A DNA stretch of 64,000 nucleotides from Promethearchaeota archaeon (lineage in GTDB: Archaea > Asgardarchaeota > Lokiarchaeia > Sigyniarchaeales > SOKP01). Both the position numbers and the translations under genes were made by a program. Of this stretch, positions 29,865-40,763 are shown one piece after another (position 1 is the stretch's first letter; each line of letters opens with the position of its first letter). The notes below the pieces were generated by a model. That model searched no databases. It was not told the DNA's origin and saw only the letters and a list, made by a program, of their open reading frames with translations. The DNA is taken from the NCBI GenBank assembly GCA_016839585.1, contig JAEOTZ010000042.1:24110-88109 (forward strand), read 5' to 3'.

Positions 29865-30633
29865 CCGAAAGGAGTGTCAAACCGTTAATTTTCGGTGATT
29901 TAGCTAAAGAAAAGTATACATATATCTCTGCCACCTCTTTTGGAGTTATCATTTTACCGGTTCTGGATTTTTTGTTTAATTCTTCGATACCCTTTTCAAC
30001 ATCCACTCCTCTTGCTTTCATAACTCTCCTTATCATTGGAGTATCACAATGCCTTAAGACTAAAGTAAACGTTCTAATATCATATTCTTTGTATTTTTTA
30101 GAGATGTACTTTGCTAAACCGATAAAACCAGATTTACCAGCAAGATATGGACAAGGAATTCCAGAAGAAGATAAAGGTGCCCCAGTAAAAAGTATCCTCC
30201 CCCATCTATTTTTCTTCATATAGGGAATTGCCATGAGAGTACAATACATTGCACCAGAAAGATCAATCTTAATTGTTTTTAGAAACTCATCATAAGAAAT
30301 TTCAGGAAAATCACCTTTACCGTGAACGGCAGCATTATTGATGAGAATATCTACTCCCTCTTTTTCTTTTGATATCTTCTGGTACATATCTTTTACTTTT
30401 ACTTTGCTTGAAATATCACATGGGACTGACATTGATCTTGGTTCTTCATATTGCTCATTTATATAATTAGCTAGTTCTACAGTACTTTTAATATCACAAA
30501 TATAAACAAAAGATCCTAATTCTGCAAATCTTTTACAAATTGCTGAACCGATGCCGCCAGTTGCTCCTGTGACAAGAGTCACTTTCCCTTTTAAAGACTC
30601 TTTCTCTTCGTATGATACATTCTTCTTCTTCAT
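29842..30633 (-). CDS. Short-chain dehydrogenase/reductase
   Basis: VTGATGGIG, DILINNAA, YLAGK, DTPM, SDGG. Confidence 0.88.
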   Translation of the reverse strand: MKKKNVSYEEKESLKGKVTLVTGATGGIGSAICKRFAELGSFVYICDIKSTVELANYINEQYEEPRSMSVPCDISSKVKVKDMYQKISKEKEGVDILINNAAVHGKGDFPEISYDEFLKTIKIDLSGAMYCTLMAIPYMKKNRWGRILFTGAPLSSSGIPCPYLAGKSGFIGLAKYISKKYKEYDIRTFTLVLRHCDTPMIRRVMKARGVDVEKGIEELNKKSRTGKMITPKEVAEIYVYFSLAKSPKINGLTLLSDGGITYL

Positions 30634-30959
30634 TTTAGTAAGTAGTAAAAAACTTGTTCATTTTTGATTTTTATGATCAGCATCTTTTTATTCCTTTCAT
30701 TTTTTAATTCTGGTGGAGGTGATTAAAGAAAATGTGAAAGAAAGTAGAACTTTTGTAGCTCTTATATTATAAGAAATATTCTTATCTTATAGTTGGAGGG
30801 TATATCTATTATCATAAGATTATTTTATCTGATTTTTTATTAGAATTTTTAGAAGCAAATACTTTATTCATGCTTTTATCAAGTTTTCAGTTAGAATTTT
30901 CAATATTTATGTATTTACAAATAAATCTTTAGATATTTATATATACACTTGGAATGTTA

Positions 30960-31400
30960 TCAATCACTTTTCTTTTTGAACTTCTTAATTGCTCTTCTTA
31001 AAGTTCTTACTGCTAATGTTGCACAATGCTTATGATCTTCTGGTAAGCCACCCAAAGAAACATCGATATCTTCAGCTGTTAATTTTTCTGTAAATTCTAA
31101 TGATTTTCCTTCAACAAGTATCGTAGTATGGCTAGCGGTTGCTACAGAAGCGCCACAGCCGTCTGTGATAAACCAAGCATTCTTTATAGTTTTATCTTTA
31201 ATATTTAAAAAGAATGTCATTGTATCTCCACAAGGACCAGTATATGATTCTGTAATAGATACTTTATTATCAGGGGGTTTTCCCCAATTTTTGGGTTTAT
31301 GAAATAAATCAACGATATATTCGTTATATTCTTCTATTTCCTTTTGTTTGATTTCTTCTTGAAGCTTTTTTACGAACTTCTCAAAATTGTCATCAACCAT
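30960..31400 (-). CDS. iscU: IscU/NifU-N Fe-S scaffold protein
   Basis: PKNWG, GPCGD, GCGAS, KHCA. Confidence 0.88.
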   Translation of the reverse strand: MVDDNFEKFVKKLQEEIKQKEIEEYNEYIVDLFHKPKNWGKPPDNKVSITESYTGPCGDTMTFFLNIKDKTIKNAWFITDGCGASVATASHTTILVEGKSLEFTEKLTAEDIDVSLGGLPEDHKHCATLAVRTLRRAIKKFKKKSD

Positions 31401-31577
31401 TTTTTTACCATTCGTATTCTAATATTCTTATTAAAAATATCATTTATAATAATCACTCTTTTTAAAACAAAACATAAATTAGAAAAATATAGTAAATTTA
31501 TCTTATACAGATAAATTAATGAATTTTATTTTAGAAAAATAATAACATCTAAGGATAGGATTACTAATAATTAGTAG

Positions 31578-32783
31578 GTGAATAACATTTCAGGGGATAA
31601 AATAAAAAATATAATTGCTATGGCAAATTATTGTTATAGTTGTAATCGATGTGTTAATGTATGTCCACTTTCCCACATAGATGTTTTCTATCCCCAAAAA
31701 TTGGTAGTAGATTTACTTTTTTCACCATTAAAAGAGGTTTTAGAAAATCATAATATATGGGATTGTCTTACGTGTGGTCAATGCACCAATTACTGTCCAA
31801 TGACTCAAGAAAGAGTTGGTGTGAGATTCCCAGAATTAATATTAGAATTGAGAAAACTAGCTTTTAATGACATAACTCAATTAGATAAAATCATTCAGTG
31901 TGAAACACATGATGAAATATTTCCACTCATTTCAAAAATTATGTCGGATGATAACTTACATCCCAATAAATTGGAATTTTTGGAAAAGACCTCTTTAAAG
32001 ACGATAAATTCAGGTGAAATTGCATATTTTGTTGGATGTTTACCTCTTATGGAAACTATTTTTTATAAATCAGATATCAAATATATAAATACACCAAAGA
32101 CTATAATAGGTCTACTTAATGAAGCAAATATCGTGCCGGTTGTATTGAATGAAAAATGCTGTGGACATGATACTTTATGGAGAGGGGATATTAATACCTT
32201 TAAAAAGCTCGCCGAATATAATGTTAAACTTTATAGAGATGCTGGGGTTAAAACAATTATCTTAGGATGTGCTGAAGGATATAGGACTTGGAAGTTTGAT
32301 TATCCAAAGATTATAAAAGATTATGACTTTAAGATTATACATTTCTCTGAGTTTTTTCTCAAAGAAAAAATCCTTGATAATGTTAGATTTCCACAAGAAA
32401 CAAAGATAAAAGTTACATATCACGATGCATGCCGATTAGGACGCTTAGGAGGAAAATTATATGATGCTCCACGGGAATTACTTAAACAAATTCCTGGAGT
32501 TGAACTAATTGAAATGGAAAATATTAGAGATGATGCAAATTGCTGTGGGGTCTCAGCTTTTATGGGATGTAATGAATCAACTCGTATTTTTAGACAGAAC
32601 CGCATTAATGAAGCATTGGAAACAGGGGCTGAATATTTACTTGTGCCTTGTCCAAAGTGTTTAACACATTTCGATTGTTATCTTAATGAACCATCCTTAG
32701 AAGATGATAATAAAAATTTAATAAATAAAATTAAAGTTGTAGATTTAGCAAGCTTTATTGGAGAATTACTTTTCCTTGTTTAG
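31578..32783 (+). CDS. hdrD: HdrD-like Fe-S oxidoreductase (two [4Fe-4S] + two CCG domains)
   Basis: CYSCNRCVNVCP, CLTCGQCTNYCP, EKCCG, TYHDACRLGR, CCG, CPKC. Confidence 0.82.
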   Translation: MNNISGDKIKNIIAMANYCYSCNRCVNVCPLSHIDVFYPQKLVVDLLFSPLKEVLENHNIWDCLTCGQCTNYCPMTQERVGVRFPELILELRKLAFNDITQLDKIIQCETHDEIFPLISKIMSDDNLHPNKLEFLEKTSLKTINSGEIAYFVGCLPLMETIFYKSDIKYINTPKTIIGLLNEANIVPVVLNEKCCGHDTLWRGDINTFKKLAEYNVKLYRDAGVKTIILGCAEGYRTWKFDYPKIIKDYDFKIIHFSEFFLKEKILDNVRFPQETKIKVTYHDACRLGRLGGKLYDAPRELLKQIPGVELIEMENIRDDANCCGVSAFMGCNESTRIFRQNRINEALETGAEYLLVPCPKCLTHFDCYLNEPSLEDDNKNLINKIKVVDLASFIGELLFLV

Positions 32784-32871
32784 AAACGACAAAGTGTATA
32801 AAAAATGATATATAACTTTTTTTTAAAAAACCGTATGAACTTAAGGAATTTTCAATAATAGAGGGATATAA

Positions 32872-35800
32872 TTGAGCGAAAAAAATAAAGTGGGGTCTGT
32901 AATGATTGTTGGAGCAGGGATAGGGGGATGCCAAGCGGCATTAGACTTAGCAGATTCTGGTATCAAGGTCTATCTTGTTGACAAGGAACCTTCCATCGGA
33001 GGAGTTATGGCCCAATTAGATAAAACATTCCCAACAAATGACTGTTCGATGTGCATTTTAGCTCCAAAACTCGTAGCTGTAGATAGACATCCTAATATTG
33101 AATTGATTACCTATGCAGATGTCCTAAATCTGGAGGGTGAAGCGGGTAATTTTAATGCAACGATTAATAAAAAAACAAGATATATTCATGAAGATAAATG
33201 TACGGGTTGTGGGGATTGCGTTCAGGAATGCCCTGTTCAAGTTCCTGATGAATTCAATCAGAAATTGAATAATAGAAAGGCAATATATCTTCAATTTCCC
33301 CAAGCTGTTCCTTTTAAAGTATTAATTGATAAGCAAGGGATTCCTCCTTGTAAGGATGCGTGTCCTGCTCACGTAAATGCCCAAGGATATATTGCTTTAA
33401 TTTCTAAAAAAAGTTATCAAGAAGCCTTGAATCTAATTAGAGAAAGATGTCCCCTACCCTCTGTTATAGGTCGCATTTGTCCTCGATTCTGTGAAATGGT
33501 GTGTAATAGAGCTGAATTAGATACTCCTATTAATATCTGCGGTTTAAAAAGATTTGTAGCTGATTATGTAAGGGATAATCTTGAGGAAGAGATCATATTC
33601 TTAGAAGATCAAAAGGAAGAAAAGGTTGCCATTGTTGGCTCAGGTCCAGCTGGACTTACTGTTGCATATCATCTTGCAAGACGTGGATATTCCGTAACTA
33701 TTTTTGAAAAAGAAGCTTTTGCTGGTGGAATGCTAAGACTAGGGATTCCAGATTACAGGTTACCCCCAGATATTTTAGAAAGTGATATTGAACATATTAA
33801 GAAATTTGGGGTTGAGATAAAAACTAATACACCAATAGGTTCTGATTTAACTTTTGAAGATTTGAAAAAACAGGGTTTTAAAGCTATATTTATAGCTATA
33901 GGTCTTCATAATAGTCGTAAAATGGATTTTGAATGTAAAGATATTGAAGATGTAATATATGGTGTTGAGTTTCTAAAAGAATTAAATTTATCCAGAAATG
34001 TACCTAATCTTAAAGATAAAATTGTAGGAGTAGTGGGCGGAGGAGATGTTGCAATGGATGCAGCACGATCATCAATAAGATTAGGCGCTAAAAAAGTCAT
34101 AATTATCTATAGACGATCTGAACAAGAAATGCCCGCTTCAAGGGAAGAAATAGAAAGAGCAAGAGAAGAGGGTATTGAATTCAAATTTTTAACAGTTCCT
34201 ACCAGAGATGCCAGTGGTAAGGGGGGTAAACTTTCTGAAATTGAATGTGTTGAAATGAAACTTGGTGAACCGGATGAATCTGGAAGGCGAAGACCTATTT
34301 CAATTGAAGGTTCTGAATTCAAAATGAAGATAGATACTTTAATCCTTTCTATAGGACAAGAACCAGATTGCTCTCTAATAGAATCTGCTTCTAAAAAGAA
34401 ATTAAATATTAATAAATGGGGTTACATTGAATCAGATAAAATATCTTTTGAAACTAATATCCCTGGCGTGTTTGCTGGTGGAGAGATCGTTGAGGGCGCT
34501 GGTTCTGCTATAGAAGCGATAGCAACAGGAAATAAAGCTGCTATAGTGATAGAGAAATATCTAAAAGGAGAAGATATTTCCGAATTAAAAGAAACCATTC
34601 CAGATTATAAAGTAACGGATATAATTACTAGTGCTGGTATTCAAGATATTGAGAGTTTTTCATGTCAAGATAGGAATGAGTTCACAATATGTCTACCAGA
34701 GGAACGTATATACAATTTTAATGAAGTCGCTAATGGTATGGATGAAGAATCTTCTATTGAAGAAGCATTACGTTGTCTCAATTGCGGATCTTGCTGTGAG
34801 TGCTTTGAATGCGTGAGAGCATGTCAAGCTGACGCTGTTGATCATAGCTTAACTGATGAGACTATTTCTATCAATATTGGGGCTGTGATATTAGCTCTTG
34901 GCTCTGATGAATATAGACCAAAAATAGGGAATGTTTATGGATATGGTGAATATCCAAATGTTATAACAAGTATAGAATTAGAACGTATACTCAATGCATC
35001 TGGTCCATTTAATGGAGAAGTCATTCGTCTTTCAGATAACACACATCCTAAAAAAATAGCATTTCTGCAATGTATTGGTTCTCGAGATAAAAAAATAGGT
35101 CATGAATATTGTTCTTCAATGTGTTGTATGTATACTACAAAAGAGGCTGTTATAGCTAAAGAGCATTTGAGTACTCTTGAACCCACTATTTTTAGCATGG
35201 ATATAAGAGCATACGGAAAAGATTTTGACAAATATATTGAACGAGCTAAAGAAGATTATGGTGTAAGATATATTAGAAGTAGAATAGCTGCTATTAAAGA
35301 AATACCGGAATCTAATGATTTAAAAATTAGGTATGAGACTGAAGAAGGAAAAATTATCGAAGAAATTTTTAACATGGTTGTTCTGTCCGTAGGATTACAA
35401 CCTAATCCAAATACTGCAGCATTTGCAAAAAAATTAAATATTGAATTAAATGAATATGGTTTTTGTAAGACTACCAATTTTAATCCAATTGAGACTTCGC
35501 GACCAGGAATATATGTATGCGGAACATTTAAAGAGCCTAAGGATATTCCAGAAACCGTTATTGAAGCTAGTGCGGCTGCTGGAGCTGTTAATGTTCTATT
35601 ATCTGATGTTAGAAATACATTAATTGCTGAAAAGAAAGATTATGAAGAAATTGACATCAGTGGAGAGCCACCTCGAATTGGAGTCTTTATTTGCCATTGT
35701 GGAATTAATATTGGAGGTGTTGTTGATGTTCCTGAAGTAGTTGAATACGCAAGCAAATTACCAGATGTAGTTTATTCTGAAAGAAATTTATATACTTGCT

Positions 35801-37818
35801 CAGCTGATACACAAACGATTATTAAAGAAAAAATAAAAGAAAATCATTTAAATAGAGTAATCGTTGCTTCTTGTACGCCTAGAACACATGAACCATTATT
35901 CCAAGCAACTATTAGAGAAGCAGGTTTAAACAAATATCTTTTTGATTTAGCAAATATTAGGGATCAATGCTCCTGGGTACATAAGCATGAACCAGAGGAA
36001 GCTACAATGAAAGCTAAAGATTTAGTTAGAATGTCTGTTGCTAAAGCTAGAAATTTAGTTCCTTTAAAAGAACAAAAAGTAGAAGTAATTCATAAAGGAA
36101 TAGTTATTGGAGGTGGCGTAGCAGGAATGACTGCTGCTTTAAATTTAGCAGATCAAGGGTATGATATATATCTAATAGAAAAAAATGATAAATTGGGGGG
36201 TATCGCAAATTCTATTTATCAAACTTTGGAAAACAATGATGTTCAAAAATTAATTGGAAATTTAATAGAAAAAGTAAACAATCATAAATTAATTACCGTT
36301 TTTCTCGAAGCTAATATTAATTCTGTAAGTGGATATATAGGAAATTTTACCACAGATATAACCTATGGTAAAAAAAAAGAAGAGAAGAAATTTGATCATG
36401 GGATTATTATTGTAGCTACAGGAGCAAAAGAATATATACCTAAGGATGATGAATTTCTATTTAATCAAGATAAAAGAATTACAACCCAGTCAAACCTAGA
36501 AGAAATTCTTTTTACAAACGAAAAAAAGATAAGAGAATTGAAATCAATTGTAATGATCCAATGTATTGGATCTAGAAACGAAGAACATCCTTATTGCAGC
36601 AGGATGTGCTGCGCAGAAGCTATAAAAAATGCGTTAAAAGCAAAAGAGATTAACCCAGATATCAATATTATAATTTTATTTCGTGATATTAGGACTTATG
36701 GCTTTAAGGAAAAATACTATAATTTAGCCAGAGAAAAAGGAATAATTTTCATCAGGTTTGATGAAAAAAAGCCACCCGAAGTTGTTAAAGAGGATAATCA
36801 ATTACAAGTCTTACTAAATAAGCCAGATGTAGGAGAACTTAAAATTAATTCTGATTTAATAGTATTAAGTGCAGGAATTGTACCTCCTGAAGGAAATTCA
36901 GAGTTAGCTAAAATACTAAAAGTCCCTCTTAATGAGGACAATTTCTTTTTAGAAGCTCATGTTAAATTGAGACCATCTGATTTTGCAACAGATGGAATCT
37001 TTTTATGTGGAACTGCACGAGGAGCGGCCAATATAAGCGAAAGTATAGCTCAAGCGAATTCTGCCGCTGCTAGAGCAATGACAATATTATCAAAAGAGAT
37101 TTTGGAAACAGAAGGCATAACTTCCTATGTTAATGAAGATAAATGCATAGGTTGTGGTCGATGTGCTGAAGTTTGTCCTTATAATGCTATTGAATTGGTT
37201 GAGACTACAAAACAAATGGGTTTATATAGTAATGACATAAAAAAAGCTCAAGTAATTAAAGCTGTTTGTAAAGGCTGTGGAACATGCTTCGCAGAATGTC
37301 CTACCTCTGCAATTTCGATGAGTCATTTTGGAAATGCGCAGATTAAGCCAATGATTGAGGAAGCTGTGAAATCTGATGAGATCGGTTGGGAACCACGAAT
37401 AATTGCGTTTCTCTGTAATTGGTGTTCTTATGCTGGCGCTGATTTAGCTGGTGTAAGTCGATATCAGTATCCTCCAAATGTAAGGGTTATAAGAGTAATG
37501 TGCTCGGGAGGTATGTCTAAAAGTTTCATTTTACAAGCATTTTTAGAGGGTGCAGACGGAATATTTATAGCAGGGTGTCATCTAGGGGATTGCCATTACA
37601 TTAGTGGAAATGAAAATGCCTATCTCCGCTTGGAAAATCTTAAAGAATTATTAAAAATGATTGGAATTGAAGAAGAAAGAATTCAAATTAATCAGATTTC
37701 CGCGAGTGAGGGAAAACAATTCTCAGAACTTATAACTGAATTTACAGATAAGATCAAAGCATTAGGAGAATCGAAGATGCCTAAGAAAATAAGTAAAGCG
37801 AAAATTGAATCTAGCTAG
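32872..37818 (+). CDS. hdrA: Giant HdrL-type flavoprotein: HdrA + inserted GltD/NfnB-like NAD(P)H module + second HdrA + ferredoxin + C-terminal MvhD
   Basis: GAGIGG/MAQLDKTFPTNDC; PCKDACP..GRICPRFCE; GSGPAG, GGGDVAMD; CIGSRD..CSSMCC; FICHCG; GGGVAG; FLCNWCSYAGAD..GCHLGDCHY. Confidence 0.9.
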   Translation: MSEKNKVGSVMIVGAGIGGCQAALDLADSGIKVYLVDKEPSIGGVMAQLDKTFPTNDCSMCILAPKLVAVDRHPNIELITYADVLNLEGEAGNFNATINKKTRYIHEDKCTGCGDCVQECPVQVPDEFNQKLNNRKAIYLQFPQAVPFKVLIDKQGIPPCKDACPAHVNAQGYIALISKKSYQEALNLIRERCPLPSVIGRICPRFCEMVCNRAELDTPINICGLKRFVADYVRDNLEEEIIFLEDQKEEKVAIVGSGPAGLTVAYHLARRGYSVTIFEKEAFAGGMLRLGIPDYRLPPDILESDIEHIKKFGVEIKTNTPIGSDLTFEDLKKQGFKAIFIAIGLHNSRKMDFECKDIEDVIYGVEFLKELNLSRNVPNLKDKIVGVVGGGDVAMDAARSSIRLGAKKVIIIYRRSEQEMPASREEIERAREEGIEFKFLTVPTRDASGKGGKLSEIECVEMKLGEPDESGRRRPISIEGSEFKMKIDTLILSIGQEPDCSLIESASKKKLNINKWGYIESDKISFETNIPGVFAGGEIVEGAGSAIEAIATGNKAAIVIEKYLKGEDISELKETIPDYKVTDIITSAGIQDIESFSCQDRNEFTICLPEERIYNFNEVANGMDEESSIEEALRCLNCGSCCECFECVRACQADAVDHSLTDETISINIGAVILALGSDEYRPKIGNVYGYGEYPNVITSIELERILNASGPFNGEVIRLSDNTHPKKIAFLQCIGSRDKKIGHEYCSSMCCMYTTKEAVIAKEHLSTLEPTIFSMDIRAYGKDFDKYIERAKEDYGVRYIRSRIAAIKEIPESNDLKIRYETEEGKIIEEIFNMVVLSVGLQPNPNTAAFAKKLNIELNEYGFCKTTNFNPIETSRPGIYVCGTFKEPKDIPETVIEASAAAGAVNVLLSDVRNTLIAEKKDYEEIDISGEPPRIGVFICHCGINIGGVVDVPEVVEYASKLPDVVYSERNLYTCSADTQTIIKEKIKENHLNRVIVASCTPRTHEPLFQATIREAGLNKYLFDLANIRDQCSWVHKHEPEEATMKAKDLVRMSVAKARNLVPLKEQKVEVIHKGIVIGGGVAGMTAALNLADQGYDIYLIEKNDKLGGIANSIYQTLENNDVQKLIGNLIEKVNNHKLITVFLEANINSVSGYIGNFTTDITYGKKKEEKKFDHGIIIVATGAKEYIPKDDEFLFNQDKRITTQSNLEEILFTNEKKIRELKSIVMIQCIGSRNEEHPYCSRMCCAEAIKNALKAKEINPDINIIILFRDIRTYGFKEKYYNLAREKGIIFIRFDEKKPPEVVKEDNQLQVLLNKPDVGELKINSDLIVLSAGIVPPEGNSELAKILKVPLNEDNFFLEAHVKLRPSDFATDGIFLCGTARGAANISESIAQANSAAARAMTILSKEILETEGITSYVNEDKCIGCGRCAEVCPYNAIELVETTKQMGLYSNDIKKAQVIKAVCKGCGTCFAECPTSAISMSHFGNAQIKPMIEEAVKSDEIGWEPRIIAFLCNWCSYAGADLAGVSRYQYPPNVRVIRVMCSGGMSKSFILQAFLEGADGIFIAGCHLGDCHYISGNENAYLRLENLKELLKMIGIEEERIQINQISASEGKQFSELITEFTDKIKALGESKMPKKISKAKIESS

Positions 37819-37840
37819 TTAAATAATAAAAAAATTTTAT

Positions 37841-38680
37841 TTAATATTCATTAGGTATTTTTTTAAGCTCTGCCAGAGAGAACACTGGGCCATCAATACA
37901 GACGAATTTATTACCGATATTACATCTTCCACATTTACCAACCCCGCACTTCATTCTCATCTCTAATGAATTTAAAATTTGCTCATCCTTCCAACCTAGA
38001 TTTACCAATTCAGCCACGGCAGTTCTAATCATTATGGGCGGCCCACAGACTACTGCTATAGCGTTATCAGGAGATGGAGCAACCTTCTTAACTACTGCTG
38101 CAACAAACCCTACTTCGCGAGTCCATCCTTCCTCTTCGCGATCAATCGTTAGGACTACGTTAATATCATCTCTTTTTTCCCATTCTTCAAGGATATCTCG
38201 ATATAATACTTCACCAGAATCACGGTTACCATAAATCACAGTAATATCTTTATAATTGTTTCTATATCTTTCATCTAAAAAGTATACGACTAGAGATCTT
38301 AAGGTTGAAAATGCAAATCCGCCCCCGATGATCACGATATTCTTGCCTTTCATTTCTTCAATTGGCCAGCCATTACCTAAAGGACCTCTTACCCCTACAG
38401 TATCTCCAATTTCAACATTGTGAAATCCTGTAGTTACTGTTCCCATCTTCTTGATCGTAAATTTAATAGACCCTTCTTCAGTTGGAGATGAGGCAATACC
38501 TATTGGGCATTCTCCTTTTCCAATTAGACTAATTTCTGCAAATTGTCCTGGATTGTAATCAAAACTTTTCAAATCTTCTTCTTTCTTAAATACTAATTCG
38601 AGAGTTTTTATATCGTTTACTTTATTTTCTGAAACAACAGTTTTAATTTTCGTAAGCATGGGAATATACGGATTAGGCAC
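37841..38680 (-). CDS. flxA: FlxA/AsrB/PyrK-like FAD/NAD-binding [2Fe-2S] subunit
   Basis: PGQF, RGPLGNG, GGG, CGPPIM, MKCGVGKCGRC, CIDGPVF. Confidence 0.85.
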   Translation of the reverse strand: MPNPYIPMLTKIKTVVSENKVNDIKTLELVFKKEEDLKSFDYNPGQFAEISLIGKGECPIGIASSPTEEGSIKFTIKKMGTVTTGFHNVEIGDTVGVRGPLGNGWPIEEMKGKNIVIIGGGFAFSTLRSLVVYFLDERYRNNYKDITVIYGNRDSGEVLYRDILEEWEKRDDINVVLTIDREEEGWTREVGFVAAVVKKVAPSPDNAIAVVCGPPIMIRTAVAELVNLGWKDEQILNSLEMRMKCGVGKCGRCNIGNKFVCIDGPVFSLAELKKIPNEY

Positions 38681-39731
38681 TTACTTTCTCCTCCCTTTTT
38701 GGTTCAATTTTCTTAATTTTTTCAATTATTGTTCTAAGGTCATTATTAACGGGACATAATTGAACACATCGTCCACATCCAACACACCCTAACATGCCGT
38801 AATTCTCAGGATAATAACAAAATTTATGTAAAATTCTATTTCTAACCCTTTGTATACAACTATTACGTGGATTATGACCACTTGTATGTAACGTATAAAG
38901 GCAAGATTGGCACGTATCCCATATTCTAATTCTTCTTCCACGATTCTTGTTTGGAACATTTTCATCAATTACATCAAAACAGGTACATGTTGGACATAGG
39001 AATGAACATGTTCCACATCCTATACAAGTTTCACTTACTTCTTTCCATATTGGATGATCAAAATTTGGATCTAAAATTTTGTCGATATCCTTTAAATCTA
39101 ATTTTGTTGTAATTGATTCTTCTGCCTGTTTTTTTAATTCTTGAGCCTTTTCTATATCCATCTCTTTAGCATCAGCAAGCCACGAAAGCTTTTTAATTAA
39201 ATCTTTACCTTTATCACTAATTCCCTCAACAAGATATTCATTTTGTAAGTCAACTAAAAATACATCCATATAATCCTTTTGAAATGGATTTCCTTCTACT
39301 GATGTACAGAAACAAGTACTTTTAGGAGTATTGCAACCAATTCCTATTAAAATTGTATTTTTCCTTCTATTTATAATAATTTCGTCTTTGAAATCTCCTT
39401 GAGAGAAAAAGTTTACTAACAAGACAAAACTATGAGCGTCACAGGGTCTTATCCCAAAAATTATATTTTGTTCATTTAAATTTTTAGGTTCTTCAAGCTC
39501 TATCTCATTATCATTAATTTTATATTCAAAAAGAATATCTTTCTCCGGAAATAGTATTTCTTTCGGTGGAACTTTAGAATTTAGATAGTCCAGCACTATT
39601 TCTTCGGGATTTGTTATTTTTCTAAAAACTATATTTCTCTTTTCTTTAATTGGAGCAAAAAAATTATAATCTTTTGTTAAATCATTATATAACTTTATGA
39701 TTTGATCTTTTTTTAGAATTTTGTATTCCAT
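38673..39731 (-). CDS. flxB: FlxB/AsrA-like Fe-S subunit
   Basis: FGIRPCD, CFC, CIGCGTCSFLCPTCTCF, WDTC, CVGCGRCVQLCP. Confidence 0.82.
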   Translation of the reverse strand: MEYKILKKDQIIKLYNDLTKDYNFFAPIKEKRNIVFRKITNPEEIVLDYLNSKVPPKEILFPEKDILFEYKINDNEIELEEPKNLNEQNIIFGIRPCDAHSFVLLVNFFSQGDFKDEIIINRRKNTILIGIGCNTPKSTCFCTSVEGNPFQKDYMDVFLVDLQNEYLVEGISDKGKDLIKKLSWLADAKEMDIEKAQELKKQAEESITTKLDLKDIDKILDPNFDHPIWKEVSETCIGCGTCSFLCPTCTCFDVIDENVPNKNRGRRIRIWDTCQSCLYTLHTSGHNPRNSCIQRVRNRILHKFCYYPENYGMLGCVGCGRCVQLCPVNNDLRTIIEKIKKIEPKREEKVSA

Positions 39732-39747
39732 TTTTCAAGTCCCCTTT

Positions 39748-40758
39748 TTAATCTTCCTCCATCATAAATTCTTCTTTATCCTCTATATCATAAGCCATCA
39801 TAGGAGGCAAGCTTCTTGGATCAATACCGGTTGTAAAATTAAACCTTTCTTTTGCGATTTTTTCTAAAGATCTGTTTATTAAATTCAAATCAATTCCCAT
39901 CGGGCACGCACTGCTGCAAGCTCCACAACCTACACATCGACCTGCCATATGCATTGCGCGAACTAAATGAAATACAAAAATATCAGAATAACCCGTTGTT
40001 TTTCCAAACCAAACAGGTTGGTTTTGATCTACAAAACATAGATTACAATAGCACATAGGACATGCTTCTCTGCAAGCATAACATCGAGTACAAGTCTCTA
40101 AAAGACTTTTTATATATTCCCATTTTTCTTCAGTAGTTTTTGAATCAAATTCAGCAATATCAGAAAAATCATCTTCAATAACAGGATTTTCTAAACATTC
40201 ACCAACACATATATCTTCTAAAAATGGAGGTGATTTAACTTGGCATACTTTACATAATTCATTCATATATTCATTAAAAGGAAATACTTTTTCGAAGTCC
40301 CTGCCTTTTACTATGATATTATCACCAGATACTGAGATATCAAAGATTTCTCTTTCTCCTATTTCATCTTCAATTTTCTTCCTATTTATAATTCCATTAC
40401 AAGGAATTCCAATTATTTTTATGCTTTCAAGATCGAGTTGATGCTCTACCGATAAATGAATTAAAGCCCTGCCGACACAACCTTTTGATACAATACCTAC
40501 TTTCAATTTTTGACCTTCTTCATTCATAAGTGTTGGTATTCGAGGGACCAAATATTTGGCCAAATTTATATAACATAAATTATTCCAAATTAATTTATCT
40601 ACATCCTCTGCTTTATCTATCACAATTGGTGATGAACTTAAAGGAACAGTACCTTCTGTGTATCCAATAATAACATCAACTTGTTTTTCTTCAAGTAGTT
40701 TTCCAGCTAAATCTCTTATTAATTGCTCAATTTCTTTATTTTCATTTTCAATTACCAT
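39748..40758 (-). CDS. flxC: FlxC/FdhB-like Fe-S subunit
   Basis: FrhB/FdhB-like N-terminus, CTRCYACREACPMCYC, HMAGRCVGCGACSSACP; start likely ATG 40758. Confidence 0.8.
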   Translation of the reverse strand: MVIENENKEIEQLIRDLAGKLLEEKQVDVIIGYTEGTVPLSSSPIVIDKAEDVDKLIWNNLCYINLAKYLVPRIPTLMNEEGQKLKVGIVSKGCVGRALIHLSVEHQLDLESIKIIGIPCNGIINRKKIEDEIGEREIFDISVSGDNIIVKGRDFEKVFPFNEYMNELCKVCQVKSPPFLEDICVGECLENPVIEDDFSDIAEFDSKTTEEKWEYIKSLLETCTRCYACREACPMCYCNLCFVDQNQPVWFGKTTGYSDIFVFHLVRAMHMAGRCVGCGACSSACPMGIDLNLINRSLEKIAKERFNFTTGIDPRSLPPMMAYDIEDKEEFMMEED

Positions 40759-40763
40759 AAAAA

